In this document: positions 29,356 to 61,382 of the stretch, piece by piece
Layout of the letters: each line of letters begins with the position of its first letter
Numbering within the stretch: the first letter of the stretch is position 1
Assembly (NCBI GenBank): GCA_033442325.1
Contig: JAWQFM010000027.1
Span: forward strand, 474,728 to 538,727
Direction of reading: 5' to 3'
DNA length: 64,000 nt
Source of the DNA: Salpingoeca rosetta
Lineage: Eukaryota; Protista; Choanoflagellata
The notes under the pieces: generated by a model
Seen by the model: only the letters and a program-made list of their open reading frames with translations
The model's database searches: none
Told to the model about the DNA's origin: nothing
Program-made: the position numbers and the translations under genes

Positions 29356-31987
29356 ATGGATCGAGCCACACGCGAGGAGCGCACGGAGGCGGCCGTCCCC
29401 AACGTCTTTGCTGGCGATGAGGAGGATGTGGAGACCGCAAGTAAGCCTTAATTGCAGGGAACGAGAGGAGGAGGAGGAGGAGGAGGAAGAAGAAATCATG
29501 TGCGGGAGCTGGAGTGGGAGTGTATGTCGTGCTCTGAACACACATGGACAACGCAGAAGGGTCGTTGCATGTTCAATCCTCTGTGATTTCCACAGCAGAC
29601 ACACACTCACACACACACACACTCACACACACTCACTCACTCACTCACTCACTCACTCACTCACTCACTTACTCACTTGCTGTCTTGTTTGTGGTCTTCC
29701 CTCTCCCTTTGCTTGCCGTGTATTGTATTGTATGCAAGACGTCCCAAAGACGCTGCGCGAGATCACCCATGAGGAAGTGGCACAGTTCATCACCTCGCTC
29801 CACGAGAGCATCATGGCCGAGGTCAGTGGACAGTGCTTTCCAGCAGCAAACCAAGCCTTCCTTTGCTTTTGATTCTTGCTTGACTGGCTTCTCCTTTTCA
29901 GTCTCCCTCCCTTGTATCTACCTCTTGTTAGTGTCACTGCTGATGTATTCCTGACGCCTTACTTTTCCTTACCTATTTTTCCTCGTTAACTCGCACCCTC
30001 TTTGATCTTTCCCCTTTCCCTCTTTTCCTTCCCCTCATTCCCCTCCCTTTGTGAAACAAGTACTAATCCATTCCTGTCGTTAATTGAGTGACTGCGGATG
30101 GTTCGCTTTCTTGTGAAATCAATTTGGAGCAATTATCCTAGAGGCCTGCGCTTGATTCCCCGTGCCATGTCCTCTTGGAACGCTTCAAGACATATACCAT
30201 TTTCTTTTCTGCCCCTTCCCCTTTCCACCCCTGTCTGCACCCCTCATTCAGCCCCTCTTCTTTTTGTTGTTCCGCTTGCCCACCTCTCCCTTTTTTGTGG
30301 GGGGGGGGTACACCGACGACCATCTGCGTTCTTACCCGATGACACCATCCTCATCTCATCACACACACACACACACACCCTCTGCGTGACACCAGGATGT
30401 TGACCGCATTCGCTCCCTCTACGAGCGGCACTACCGCCGTCTCTCCGACAAGTCAGTGCAGCACAGCCCCTCTTCCCGATGGCGTGATGATTGTCTCTTT
30501 GCTTTCAAGGGCTGGTGGTTTTACTCAACACCCCACAGGCTCTTGTCTTCTTTCTCACACTTCGAGTTCACGCTGCTTCCTTGTTCTAGGTACTTCAAGG
30601 AGAAGACGTGGCCAGAGCCGCAGAAGGTGGCCAAGATCATCGACGAGGGCCTGTTTCAGATCCTCTACCGCGAGCTCTTCTACCGTCACATCTTCATCAA
30701 GCTGCGCAAGCCCGTGCTTGCTGACCGCCACAGCGCATACGAGAACTACATTTCCCTCTTCACATTCATCCTCGGTGCGTGTTGATCGCAGTGTGGGTGG
30801 TGTTCTTGTTGTTTGTTTGTTCCCAACACCTTTACTTGGTTTTGTTGCTTTGGTGGTACCTTCCATGACCATCAATGGGCCACGTCAGGCCTCGTGCCTG
30901 CTGTCCACGCGCCGGCGTCATTGTTGTTTTTTTCAATGTGCACCGCTCCGCTCATCGCCTGGTACGTGCACTCTGGTCTGCGTCTCCATTTGTTGACATT
31001 TGCAGATGCGGATGCGCCGGTCCCATTTGAGCTCCCCGATCAGTGGCTGTGGGATATCATTGACGAGTTTGTGTACCAGGTGCGGAGCAGCCAAACACGC
31101 CGTCAGTGTATGCAAGTTTGCATGCTTGGTCATCCCCGCTTGTTCTTCTGCATGTGCTGTTGCGCCCTGCACGTCTGTGATGGACTTGTCTTAAACTGCG
31201 TTATCGTCCTGAACAGCATGGGCAGTTTGCTGCCTGTGCACAGTTGTTGAAACACTACATAGACCCTGAGACGTGTGCGCCCTCGGTGCTCTTTCCGATG
31301 TTCTGTTGCTCCGCCATATTTCTCTTCCATCTGCCACCCCCTTTCGGTCACTCCATGACTCGATGGCCACCCTCTCACGTTGTGCGTGTGTGTTGCTGTT
31401 GTTGCCGTGTTTTGTTCACCTTTTGTGCCTGCGTGATCATGGTGACAGTTTGAGGGCTTTGTGCAGCACAAGGGTTACAAAGCGCACAAGCAGGCGTATC
31501 CAGAGGACTGGGACGTCAAGGTTGTGTTCAACGTTCTGCACCAGCTCATCACCCGCTCGAGAATAAACGAGCAACTGGAGGTACGCTAAGGTGTTTGATT
31601 TTGCTTCTGATGATTTTTGTCGTTCTTGGTGGCAAGAGAGCATGCGTGAAGCCCCTTCACTTGCCCTGCCTGCCACCTTGTGGTCACACTGGTTTGTCTT
31701 GTTACGAATTTTGTTGCCGCGCACTGACGCCGTTTTGTTTTGGCGCTGCGTGGTCATAGGCCTTCCAACGGGGCGACAACCCCGCGGACGTCGCCGACGA
31801 GTTTGGCAACCACCCGCTCTACCGCATGCTTGGCTACTTCAGCCTGGTTGGCTCGCTCAGATTGCACACACTCATGGGTAAGCGGCTGCGACCGTTGTTT
31901 GCCGTTCTTATTCAGCAACTGCTGCTCGTTTGCGGAATTGGTGTCGCATGCTCCTCGTTTTTTCAATTTTTCTTTCTTTTCTTTGTG

Positions 31988-32023
<36 letters not shown>

Positions 32024-33097
32024 TCTCTCTCCTTCTCTCTCCTTCTCTCTCCCCCCTCTCTCCCCCTCCCTCTGTTTTTCTCTGCTATTTGTGTTACGCA
32101 TCGTCCAAAGCATCGACATTGAGATGGCGTTGTACGTGAGTACTTTGCTGCCGATGACTGTTGATGAAGAAGCGATTCAACAACGATAGCCTCATCGTCC
32201 TTCGCTCGTGCCTAACCCCACGAATTCGTCATTGACAAGCTTTCATGCTTGATTGGCGATGGCCTCAGGAGGGGCGGCGACAACCCTCTTTCTCTTCATC
32301 TCCCTCTCCCTTTCTTTCCTTCCTTGACGGTCTTTCTCTTCTCCTTTCCTCTTCTCCCCCTCCCCTGTCGCATCTTGCGGACACTGACGTTTTTTGATGC
32401 GTGCGTGCGTGCGCGTGTTTTCCTCGCAGGTGATTACCGCCAGGCCCTGGAGGCCGTGCGCAACATTGACCTGAGCAAGCCCAAGCTGATCAGCAACGTG
32501 CTGACGTGCCAGGTGACCATCTACCACCAAGTTGGCTTCTGCTACCTCATGTCGCGCCGCTACCACGATGCCATTGGCCGCTTTGAGGACATTCTGTACT
32601 ACACGCGGTCCACCGACACACAGAACATGTACTACAGCGACTACCACACAATCCGCAGCAAATGCGAGCACATCACAGCGCTGCTTGCGCTTGCGCACGC
32701 CATGGAGGACGGCGCCGTGAAGGACATGTACCGCGCAGAGAGCGAGAACCTGCGCAAGGCTGCTGACGGCGACGAGGAGGCTGCTGCCGCCCTCTTCAAG
32801 AAGGGCGCGCCCAAGTTTGTTGAGCCCAGCGTGATGTTTGCCTCGCTCGACGGCTCAGATGAGGTTGCTGATGCGGCGAGTGACGACACTGCGTCTTCCA
32901 GCTCGAAACTGGCCACCGACACACAGCTGCAGGTCTTCCTGCGCGACTTCCGCCGCCGCAAGAACATGGTCAACATCCGCTCCTACCTCAAGCTCTACGA
33001 ATCCCTCAAAATCTCCAAGCTCGCCAGCCTCCTCGGCAAGGTGTGGGTTTGTATTCGTTTGTGTATGTGGTTTTTTGTTTGCGCAGGTTGATGTGCT

Positions 33098-33140
<43 letters not shown>

Positions 33141-33811
33141 GTGCGGCCGGTGAGAGACCATTTTAACAATTGTTCCTCCTGAATATCTTCCTTGATGAGA
33201 ACGTTTGATTTGTTCTCGATAATTCATACTTGAGGCCTGCACGCTGTGTATTTGTGTTTGTCTTTGCTGTGTCACTCGTCATTTATGCTTTCCCAGCAAT
33301 TACTGTCGTCACCCTTGTTACTTGGACTCACCTTTGCTTCGTTTGTGCGTGCGTGTATGGCAGGACGAGGATGAGTTGCGGCTTCACCTGCATGCACACA
33401 AGAGGCGAACGAACCAGCTGGTTTGGTCTGCCGGCAAGCAACCACTTGCGGGCACTCGGCAGTGCGCTGACACCCTTGACTTTTACATTGACGGTGACAC
33501 CATCCACGTCGCCAGCATTACGGTGCGTATGGGAATTGGTGGTGGTGGTTGCTGTTGATGATTTGTTTGTTCGCTTGTTGTTCATTGTTGTTAACTTTTG
33601 TTGTTGTTGTTGTTGTTGTTGTTTGTTGGTGCATGGGCATGTGTGATCACTTCCGCCGCGTCCTTACAAGTGCTGCGCGGCTATTCTACTCCTGTGCTTT
33701 GCTGCTGCTCAGGTTTCGCAAGGCCATGGCGAGAAGCTTCTGCAGGCAACGCAAAGGCTGATGCAAGACCCGCGCAAGGAAGCAACTCGGTTCCTCAGGA
33801 CCCGAAAGTGA
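29356..33811 (+). CDS. EIF3L: Eukaryotic translation initiation factor 3 subunit L
   Basis: Multi-exon, MDRATREE to RFLRTRK*. Motifs ILYRELFYRHIF, FELPDQWLWDIIDEFVYQF, YRMLGYFSLVGSLRLHTLMGDY, YHQVGFCYLMSRRYHDAI, IRSYLKLY, LDFYIDGDTIHVA. Confidence 0.94.
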
Positions 33812-34418
33812 TGCGAAAGTACAAGTGTGTGTGTGTGATGTGAGGTTGAGTGGCCGTTGTTGGGCTGTTTGACAAGTTAGTAGGTGATGGCGAGCGGTGG
33901 TTGACGTTGCGATTCGTGTCTTCCTTTTCTTCTTCCCTTGTTCCCCTCTTTTTTTCCCTTGTTCACTTGCCTCTGTACACCAGCAACACCAAGCCTCGCT
34001 TGACATAAACTGACCAACAACAGCAAACTGAACCACATATGAAGTAGTGTGTGTGTGGTTCGTTGTGATTGCTGCTAGTGGTATCCCTGCTCACCGTTTC
34101 GCCGATTGATGTGTTTGGTTGGTTTATGGTATTTGTGGCCACCGAGGAAATGGCTGTTTGACATGAGACGTGCTGTGGGACTCACACACCACGAAACGAG
34201 AAGCAAGAAGGGTTGCGTTTGCTTGTGTTTGGGTAGAAGGGAGGGAGAAGGGAGAGATGGTGTTGGCCGACCTAACAAGATGAAGGAATAAGGCTGAGTG
34301 AGGGGAAAGGAACATAGTGGGTGGTTGGGGCAGTAGCGAATGGAAGGAAGCGGCAGCAGAGAACATTGCAGCAGTACCACTCACACGAAGAACAAGGAGA
34401 AGGGGGAGGAAGAAGCAC

Positions 34419-34497
<79 letters not shown>

Positions 34498-34739
34498 GCG
34501 CGCGCCAAGCACCGAAGAAATCTTTCGTGACAGAGACTGACGAACGAAGCACAACAAGGAGAGAGCCCGCACGAGAACAGAGAAGCGAAAGACAAAACAG
34601 TTCAAGACACACGCTAGATTGACACGCGGGCGGGTGAACATACCGCGCACACGACAAGAAACAAACAAACGAACACACGAACACACGTGCAGAGATGGAC
34701 TGCAGTGTGACAAAAGGGGGGACGGGGAGTGTACGTGTG

Positions 34740-34850
34740 TCAGTGGCCGAGGCGAGAGCCAATGGATTTGACTTTGCTCGCCGCCTTTGACCCCTTCATT
34801 GCCTGCAAGAACGAGCTGCTCTGTAAGTGCAAAAGCAACCCACAAGTCGT

Positions 34851-34946
<96 letters not shown>

Positions 34947-36022
34947 CAAGGAGGTGCTTTCTTCGATGCAGACGAAACAACGGCAAGTGTTGCCATACAA
35001 GTTAAGTTGGGAGCGACAACAAGACTCATCACACAGGCGCCGGCAAGCCAAAACTGGCCTCCAGTTGCATATGCCACGTGTGTGCGTGTGAAGTGGATGT
35101 GCATGTTTGTTTCATGTACATGTGAAGGAATGTGTGTGTTGTGTGCGTACCTCTGATCTGAGCATCTTTGCCTGCTCTTCCACGTGTGACAGCACCTCTC
35201 CCATGTTTGTCTCCAGCACCATGCCGCCCATCACAATCTCGTCCAGGATGTGATGCACCTGCAGCACAAGCACACACGCATGCAATGATGCGTGTGTGTG
35301 TGTGTGGGGGGGGGGTGTGTGAAGGCGAAGGTGAGATGGCGAAAGATGCTGCGCTGCGCTGTTGGGTAATGGTCACAGACAGGCAGGCAGATTGACAGAC
35401 AGGGTGACAGGTAGACGGACAGACAGAAGTAAATGCGAACACACACACACACACACACACACACATGCAAGATTCATGAACCTTGTCGACGTGGAAGATG
35501 AGGTCCAGCTCGCAAACGTTCTCAAATTGCCTGTCCAGTGTCTCCACAAACACCTGGAGCCAAGATGGCATCACAGCAGCACGGTGAGGAGCAAGAACAG
35601 CACACAAGACACAGCCGGGTATCTCTGCTCCAGTGCCACACTTGCATTCCCACTCAAAATCACAAAACGAGCTCAGTGGCACAGGAAAGGGGAAGGAGGG
35701 GCAAGAAGGCACATCGCGGACACACGCAGGGGCACACAGGCGACACAGGCGACAGATACAGATAAGCGCATAGACACGGGTGCACGCATAGACATGGCTC
35801 CGTTTGCATGTGCGATTGAAGGTAGTGTTTTCACCTGTATCAAGTCGAGGATGCCCAGCTCGCTCTCTGAGGAATCCACGGCAAAGACGAAGAAGAGCGT
35901 CGCGTAGTGCCTGTAGATTAGTCTGCTGTCGTTTGATTTGAACAGGCTGTGGTTGGAGACAACGGTGGAACAGCGATGGGCAGAGCCGTGAGGTGACGTG
36001 AGGGGTGAGCGCGGGCTGTCAA

Positions 36023-36100
<78 letters not shown>

Positions 36101-36370
36101 CTTTCGGGACGGGTGCTGGTGCAAGACGGCTGGCTGCACGGAAACAGAGACGAGTGAAGACGCAGGAACCAGCACACACACGCACACACACACACATGCG
36201 CACTTTGATGTTTCGAGGAAGTTGCACACGTGGTCTGGTCGTTTGGACACAGCCTGGAAGCATTCGCGCACCACCCGCTGCTGTTGTTCCTCATCCTGGT
36301 GCATGGGGAAATGAAGCAAGCGACGGCCACGCCAATTCAACACGTGAGAGGAATGCGTGAGAGCAGCGAC

Positions 36371-36412
<42 letters not shown>

Positions 36413-36527
36413 AAAACACACGCACACAAATATGCATGTTGGTGCAGCGCCAACGTACGCAGTGTTGGTAGAACTTGGACAGCCGGGGCTTGCCGTGGTT
36501 GTTGAAGATCAAGATGGCTTGGATCAT
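34740..36527 (-). CDS. AP3S: AP-3 adaptor complex sigma subunit
   Basis: Six exons giving MIQAILIFNNHGKPRLSKFY, VCNFLE, LIYRHYATLFFVFAVDSSESELGILDLIQVFVETLD, FENVCELDLIFHVDKVHHILDEIVMGGMVLETN; likely last exon ends GSRLGH* at 34740. Confidence 0.93.
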
Positions 36528-36690
36528 CCTGCACGTGCACAGTGGAGGAGTGGGTGGTTTGCATGCGAGTGAGGCCAAGCGCGCTTGTATGTTCACGTAC
36601 CACAGCACTGGCCTTCAACAAGAGACACTGAACACTGGAAAAAAGCTGTGCAAATCTGCGAGTGGAAAGCATCTGCGAGTGGAACAGCAC

Positions 36691-36725
<35 letters not shown>

Positions 36726-37511
36726 CACACGGACACACACATACACACACACACACACGCACGCACAGACCCAGACACACAGCATACATGATGCCATGAC
36801 TCACACCAACGCACCTGTGTGTTTCGTTGTGTGATGATGGATGCGGCTGGGGACGCGTGCGCAAAGGAGCACCAAAACCCACTCGCAGAGCAGGGGAAGA
36901 AACAACAAGTAGAGCGAGAAGGCTCCAAGTACAGTCGCGCCCCGCTTCGGTCGCACAGTCCTCGCTGGTGTGCAGTCAACACCGTTCAGTCAGTCGATGA
37001 TCCTTGGCTGGCTCGCACTTTCCTCTGCTCTCCAATTCACCCCTCGCTGTCTTCCTTTCTCTTGGTGTCTTTGTTTGCGGCGATGTCGGATGCACTAATG
37101 CGCACTTGGTTGTATGTTTCGCACAAACTACAAAGCGCGGCCCAGTGCTATCCACCACCGCTGATGGGCAACAATAAAAAAAATTGTGCACACATCCAAA
37201 CACAAACAACGACGACCAACCAAACCAAACTGCTGTTGTTGTTGCTGTTGCTGTTGTGGAGGCAGCCGACCAACTGCCTAACGAACCAAGGCAAGACGCA
37301 AAGCAAGAAGGAGGAAGGGAAACGAGAGAGAACGCTCAGAGGAGCTGCTTGCGCTGGCGGTGGTAACAAGCCAATGTGTGTATGTGTGTGTGTGTGTGTG
37401 TGAGCGAAGAGAGGGCCACGTCTCTCTCTTTCTCTGTGTTTGCGATCCCTCGCTCACAACCCGTTCCAACTGCATGTTTGCAGAGGGCAAAGGGTGAAAC
37501 GGCAAGTCGGG
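36528..37511. promoter_or_regulatory. Putative bidirectional promoter (AP3S / Eps15-like)
   Basis: Lies between divergent starts; contains TGTATGTTTCGCACA at 37111-37125. Confidence 0.5.
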
Positions 37512-40384
<2,873 letters not shown>

Positions 40385-40421
40385 TCAGGCTCTTTGTTCG
40401 TTGCCATGACATGCCACTCTG

Positions 40422-40491
<70 letters not shown>

Positions 40492-40734
40492 TGTGTGTGT
40501 GCGTGTGTGTGGTTCAGCGTCATCGTTGCGTTCTGCCTGCCTGTGCGCTTCCCGTTGATTGTTACGAATATCTTCCAGTACTTTTCATCAATACCAACAA
40601 CCCACGACGCCAACCATCAAAGTCGTCAGCAGCAAACGCAATCACAGCCAACAACCATCGCTAGCTTGCTTCCTGGCTCGCTTGCTTGCGCCACCAATCC
40701 AACAACCAAGCACACGCACACGCACGCTCCGACA

Positions 40735-42249
40735 ATGGGGCTCACGTCTTCAACGGAATCCTACCTGCCGGATGAGCAGCTGGAGGAGTACAAGAAGCTT
40801 GATTGTACGTGCTGTTGCGGGTTGTCGTGATCATGGTGGGCCTGACTACTCGCACAAACACACACACGCGCTCACTTGCATGTGTGTTGTTTGGTGGTGG
40901 TTGCTTCTTGGTATTCAGTCACGGTGCCGCAGATCCATAGACTATACCGCCGCTTCCAACGATTGGACAAGGAGCGCACCGGCTTTATCACGTTGGTCTC
41001 GGGATCAGAGAGTGACAAACAGAGAGACTGCGTGTGTGTGTGTGTGTGCACGGGCGTGTGTGCCTGTGTACCATCTGCTCAATTTCAACTCACACTCTAC
41101 ACACTCACACACACTCACGTACACACGCGCGCAGATTGGAGGAGCTGATGTCAATCCCAGAGCTGGCGATGAATCCTTTGGTGGAGCGCATCGCGGAGCT
41201 CTTCAACAGAGAGTGAGTCGTTGAAGGATTGGAATGCTGGTGTGTGTGTGTGTGTGTTTGTGTGTGTGCGCGCGATGGGATTGCATCTTGCGGTGCACAA
41301 ACGCAGTAGTCTCAGATTCAACGACGGTGATGCATGCATGTTCCCTGTTTTCAAACTTCGATCTCTGACATCACTGGCCCACCGTTCCCCTTTGGTGTTC
41401 TGTGTGTCGTCGCACCCGTTCCCACACAGCCACAGCACAGATAAGACGGAGGACGGGCCGATTCACATTGACTTTAAGAAGTTCCTGAATACGCTCTCGG
41501 TGTTTCAGCCGATCACGGAGCGCCCCCGCGATCCAAACGAGGACGAGGCAACGCACAGAGACAAGATGGAGAAGAAGAAGCGCAAGAAACTGCAATGTGC
41601 GTGTGCGCGTGTTTGCATGCGTGTGCGTGCGTGTGCGTGTGCGTGCGTGTGTGCGTCATACAGCGCCTTACTCTCTTTTACACACCTACACATTCACACG
41701 TGCTCGCACACACGCACACACATCCATTCTCCTCGTCCTGCTTCCTTCCCTGCTGCCCTCACCCGTGCTGTATCTTCCATGTCCCGCCGTCACTTGTCGC
41801 GTTCCCGCGCATCAGTTGTGTTTCAGATCTACGACACCAAAGATGACGGCTTCATCGACGCAGAGGAGCTCTTCTCGGTACTGGATCGTATGTGTGTGTG
41901 TGTGTGCATGTGTTTGTTGAGTGTGTGGTGTGTGTGGTAGTTGAGTGAAGAGGGTCAGATGGGAGCGAGTGCGGAGGAATAGTAAACACATGTGTACATC
42001 ACATGTCACATGCGGCTCATTCACACGCATGTCCTGCACGTCTCCTGTTGTTTTTTTTTCTTCTTCTTCTTCCTGCAGGTGCTGAAGATGATGGTGACAG
42101 ATGGCATTACGGATGAGCAGCTGACGTTCATCGTGGATCAGACCATCAAGGAGGCGGACAGTCGCGGCGATGGTCGCATCTCCTTTGATGAGTTCTGCAG
42201 AATCCTGGAAAAGACAGACCTGCACCAGCGCATGGCCATTCGCTTCTAG
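40735..42249 (+). CDS. CHP1: Calcineurin B homologous protein (CHP1-like EF-hand protein)
   Basis: Six in-phase exons. N-terminal MG (possible myristoylation), QIHRLYRRFQRLDK, IPELAMNPLVERI, CHP-type charged insert, YDTKDDGFIDAEEL, VLKMMV..DEQL..IVDQTIKEADSRGDGRISFDEF, ends MAIRF*. Confidence 0.85.
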
Positions 42250-42429
42250 CATGGGATGTGTTGCTGTGAGTGCGTGTGTGTGTTTCTGTGTGTCCGCGTT
42301 GTGGACGGTGTAAATGACTTGATTCTTGTAGCAGGTTCGATGCGATGCTCTGCAGTGTGAAGGGGCGTGTGGGTGTGAACGAGCGAGTAAACGAAGCAAG
42401 GGAGTGACATCCAATCAACATGTCAAGCA

Positions 42430-42469
<40 letters not shown>

Positions 42470-42540
42470 AGACACACACACACACAGAGACACACACACA
42501 CACACACACACAGACACAGACACACACACACACACACACA

Positions 42541-42591
<51 letters not shown>

Positions 42592-42677
42592 CCTGTGCTG
42601 CGATAGTTAGATGAAAACATTCACAGATTGTCGACCTTTGTTTGTGCACGAAGGACTTGGAAGACGACAACCAAACG

Positions 42678-43934
42678 ATGGTTGGCAAAGTTGGCAAAGT
42701 TGTCGCTGTCGGTGGCGGTGGTGGCAGCAATGGGGTGTTCGATCATGTGGAGCACAACGACGGAAGCCGGTACAAGGGGGACCTCGTCGGTGGCAAGAAG
42801 CACGGCTTTGTGAGTTGGCTTGCTTCGGGTTTTGTTTGCCTCATCTATCTCAGTTGTCTCGTTAACATTGTGTATCCTGTGTATCCTGTGTATCCTGTGC
42901 ATCGCTGCGTATCCTGTGCATCCTGTTTATGCTGTGCATCCTGTGCTTAGCTGCGAGGGGGTGCTCAGCGCCTGTGCATCTTGTGAATGTGTTTGCGTTG
43001 TCCGTGTTGTTTGCGAAACACTTTTGCGTTCTCTCGTGTGTTGAATAATGCTGACGCTCCTTCTTCGTGGCTTCAGGGCGAGTACATCTGGCCAGATGGG
43101 TCCATGTACAGGGGGGAGTGGAAAGATAACAAGATGCACGGCGCTGGCGTTCTTCACTATGAGGGTGGGTTGCCCCCATCACAGGCTCGTACATGTGCCG
43201 CACAACCTTCGTAACCGCCTTGTTTGCATGTGTGCCCTTGAGATGTGTCCTTGCAAGCTCACCTCAAACACACACAAAACACACACATGCGCACATGCAC
43301 ACATGCACACATATGCACACATGCACACATGTAGATGGATCCTGCTATGAAGGCGAGTGGAGCGAGGACCAAAAGCATGGCTTTGGCACCATGAACTTTG
43401 CCAACGGGGACCAGTATCAGGGCCAGTGGCATATGGGCTTGATGCACGGTCACGGGACCATGAGCTACGCTGACGGCGCCGTCTACGAGGTGCACGCATG
43501 AGTGTGTGTGTGTGTGTGTTTGCATGTGTTTGCATGTGTTTGCATGTGTTTTCATGTGTTTGCATGTGTGTGTTCAGCGTTAGTGCTTGTACTTGGCTGT
43601 GCTGAATGGCCTTTGTGGCGCACATGCCGCTTTGACGCGACGCGATGAGTCGCTGGCTCTGTGGTCGATCTGTCAAGCTGATGTGATGTAACCTCGTTTA
43701 CTTCCACTCTTGTTCCCATTCACGCAATCTCCAACCGTGCCAAACACCTTCCACCAGGGCTCGTTCAAGGAAGGGCGAAAGCATGGCGTGGGGCAGCACA
43801 CGTTCGCGTCTGGACGCGTGTGGGCCGGCGAGTTTGTGGAAGGCCGACAGCACAAGCAGCACGCAGCACGTGAACCAGATGCACCCAACGATGACGACGA
43901 TGACACTGCACCTGCGTTCAGCTCGAACGTCTGA
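42678..43934 (+). CDS. Small MORN-repeat protein (~183 aa, 5-6 repeats)
   Basis: Exons 42678-42809, 43077-43164, 43335-43489, 43758-43934; repeated YxGxWxxxxxHGxG units. Confidence 0.9.
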
Positions 43935-43965
43935 CTTCTGTCTGACGCATGCGTGTGTCTAAGGA

Positions 43966-44039
<74 letters not shown>

Positions 44040-44481
44040 GACATGCATGCCCGTGCATGGAACGCTACACCCCCTGCGTCTCCAGCAACTGTGTGAATGA
44101 GCGAGAGTGTATGTGTGTGTGGTGTTGTTCATTCGCTTGTGTTATCCCCTCGAGTTGTGTGCGTTGTGCCTGCACTGTTGATTCGGTGGCAAGCTACTCG
44201 TCCCCTTTTTCGTGTTCTCCCACCTGTTACAATCCTCTACTGTCTCTCGTGTGTGTTTGCACCTGCGATGAGGTTCTGCTGGTTGGAACTGTCATGCGCA
44301 GTGTCTGCCTGCGTGTTGCATCAGTTGATGTCCTTGAATGTATGCACGTGCGTGTGTGCGTGTGTGCCATCTGCGGCTGTCACAAACAGTGTTGATCGCT
44401 GTTGTGCTGCTTCTGGTCCGAATAAAGGCAACCGCACCCCAGTCACGCATTCACGCATTCACACACACACACACACACACA

Positions 44482-44521
<40 letters not shown>

Positions 44522-44920
44522 AGGCCGTTGCGAGTTGTAGAGGGTTTCTTGTACCTGTGTGCAATATATGCACACGCAAACAGAATGGGGAGTGAAACTA
44601 AGGTGATGAGGAGAAGCGGGGAGATATGCGACAATAAACCAAAACACAACGAGAGAAAGAACAATCACAGTGGCAATAACAGTGACAGTTGTGCACGCAG
44701 ACTATCAAGTGTTGTCATGCGACATGTGCACGCGTGCCTGCAAGCAATGAAAGCATGCTAGTGCGCAAGACAGTCAGGTCAACAAGGATCTCAAAGAGAG
44801 GGAAATGACAAGAACGGCAAGGGAAAGTTGTGAAATGAAGAAACAGTGGCAGGTGTGAACAAGGAAAGAAAGGTTCGCAAAGACAAAGACACATGCAGAC
44901 ACAGACAGACACAGACACAG

Positions 44921-44953
<33 letters not shown>

Positions 44954-44971
44954 GGTACACAGCGCGAGCAA

Positions 44972-51225
<6,254 letters not shown>

Positions 51226-51932
51226 GGCCCTCTTTGTTGTCTCCTCACACAGACACAGACACAGACACAGACGCAGACACTCTCTCGCACTCCTTGGTCT
51301 TGATTCGCCGTCCCGCACACCCGCCTGTCCTCCTCCGCGCTGTCCTCCCCTCTGTGTCACTGCAGTGGTGTCTCCCAACACACGCACACACACACACCAG
51401 CAGAGAGCCGCAGCCGTTTCACAACAACTTCCCCAACAACCAACAGCGGCGACCGGCAGTCGTCTTTTTTCAGTCCGACACGATAAGATGCGATTCACAA
51501 CCGTCACGGATAGTTGTTGGATATCTTTGAGGAACTATCGCGTTGTTTTCGTTTGGATGCGGAAGCTGCGACAATCTGATGAAATCGTTCGTAAATACTC
51601 CATGCCTGACAGTTTTCCTTTTTGTTTTTTCTTTCCTTCGCTGCCTCTCCCCAACAACAAACAGACGCAGACGCAGACAAGACGAATCTCACACACAACC
51701 GACAACCAGCTCCCCTCCTCCTTCCTTGCTTGCTCTTTTGTGTGCATATCAGCCAGCCGCCTTCCCTCTCTCTCCCTCTCTCTCTCTCTCTCGAAGCCGC
51801 ACCCCCTTTGTTTCCTCACGCAACCGGTGTCGTCGTTCTCCTTCCACACGACCGACCACGTGACGCCTCCCCTGTGGTGGTCGCGCTTTCCCTCTTCCCA
51901 CACTCTCCACATCGACATCACAAAACACAATC
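51226..51932. promoter_or_regulatory. Putative bidirectional promoter (RFX / PKA-R)
   Basis: 707 bp between divergent ATGs; degenerate X-box-like sites at 51416-51428 and 51810-51824. Confidence 0.5.
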
Positions 51933-55344
<3,412 letters not shown>

Positions 55345-55985
55345 ATGCCTGCCATCAACCAACAACAACGATGATCCTTCCCAAATCACACATGCACCGC
55401 AATCCAGCATGCATGCATGCATGCAATTCGTGCCTCTCGTTCTTCCTTTGACACGGGCGTGCGCTGCTTGGTGATGGTGCTGGCTCTTTTACACGTCGAT
55501 TTTTCGTTTGCGCGTGTTCATTTGTTCTCTCTTCGTTGTGTGTAAATGCACGTTCGCATCGCCGTTGTATGCGCTGCACTGTTGTATGCGCTGCACTGTT
55601 CCTTGTCCCACGCCATCATTGCCCTGCCTGCATGTGAGTGCTGCTGCGTTTCTCCCCTGCGCTGTTCGTTTGTTGCCAACGCGTTTTCCTTTCTGCTCGT
55701 TGTTGCTGCTGGTGGTTGGTTGGTTGGTGTGCGAGGTTTTGTTTGTGCTTCGATCTTGTTCCATGTTCTCTTTTTCCTTTCCATGTTTTGCCATTCGTTC
55801 TTGTTTGCGCTTTGTTCACCTCATGTCACACTCGAACATTGCAACTGACAAAGTGAGGGGGGAGGGAAGGGAAGTAGCAGTTGTGAGACTGTCGTGTTGG
55901 TGGTGGTGTGAGTCGTGAGTGCTGTGCTGTGAGTGTTGTTTGACAAGGTGGAAAACTCATGTGACATGTGACACGTGAGTCGTTC

Positions 55986-56017
<32 letters not shown>

Positions 56018-56256
56018 TGGTGGTGGTGGTGGTGGGACAGATTGCATCGATAAGCTGCCATGTTTTCAAAGGAAACAGCACAAAGGAAGTGCTGTCCAGC
56101 CAGTGGTCGTTGGCTTGCTTGCTTGCTGTCTTGCCTTTGCTTGCTGGCTTGGTGCTTTGTTGTTTTGGCAGACAAAAGGAAGCGACTCACTTTCCATAGC
56201 ACACACACGCACACACGCACACACGCACACGCGCACACACGCACACACGCACCGTG

Positions 56257-61259
<5,003 letters not shown>

Positions 61260-61314
61260 TGTCATCTGAACGGAAGACAGAAGGAGGACATCCCCGTTGC
61301 TTTTGTTATTTTCA

Positions 61315-61349
<35 letters not shown>

Positions 61350-61350
61350 A

Positions 61351-61382
<32 letters not shown>

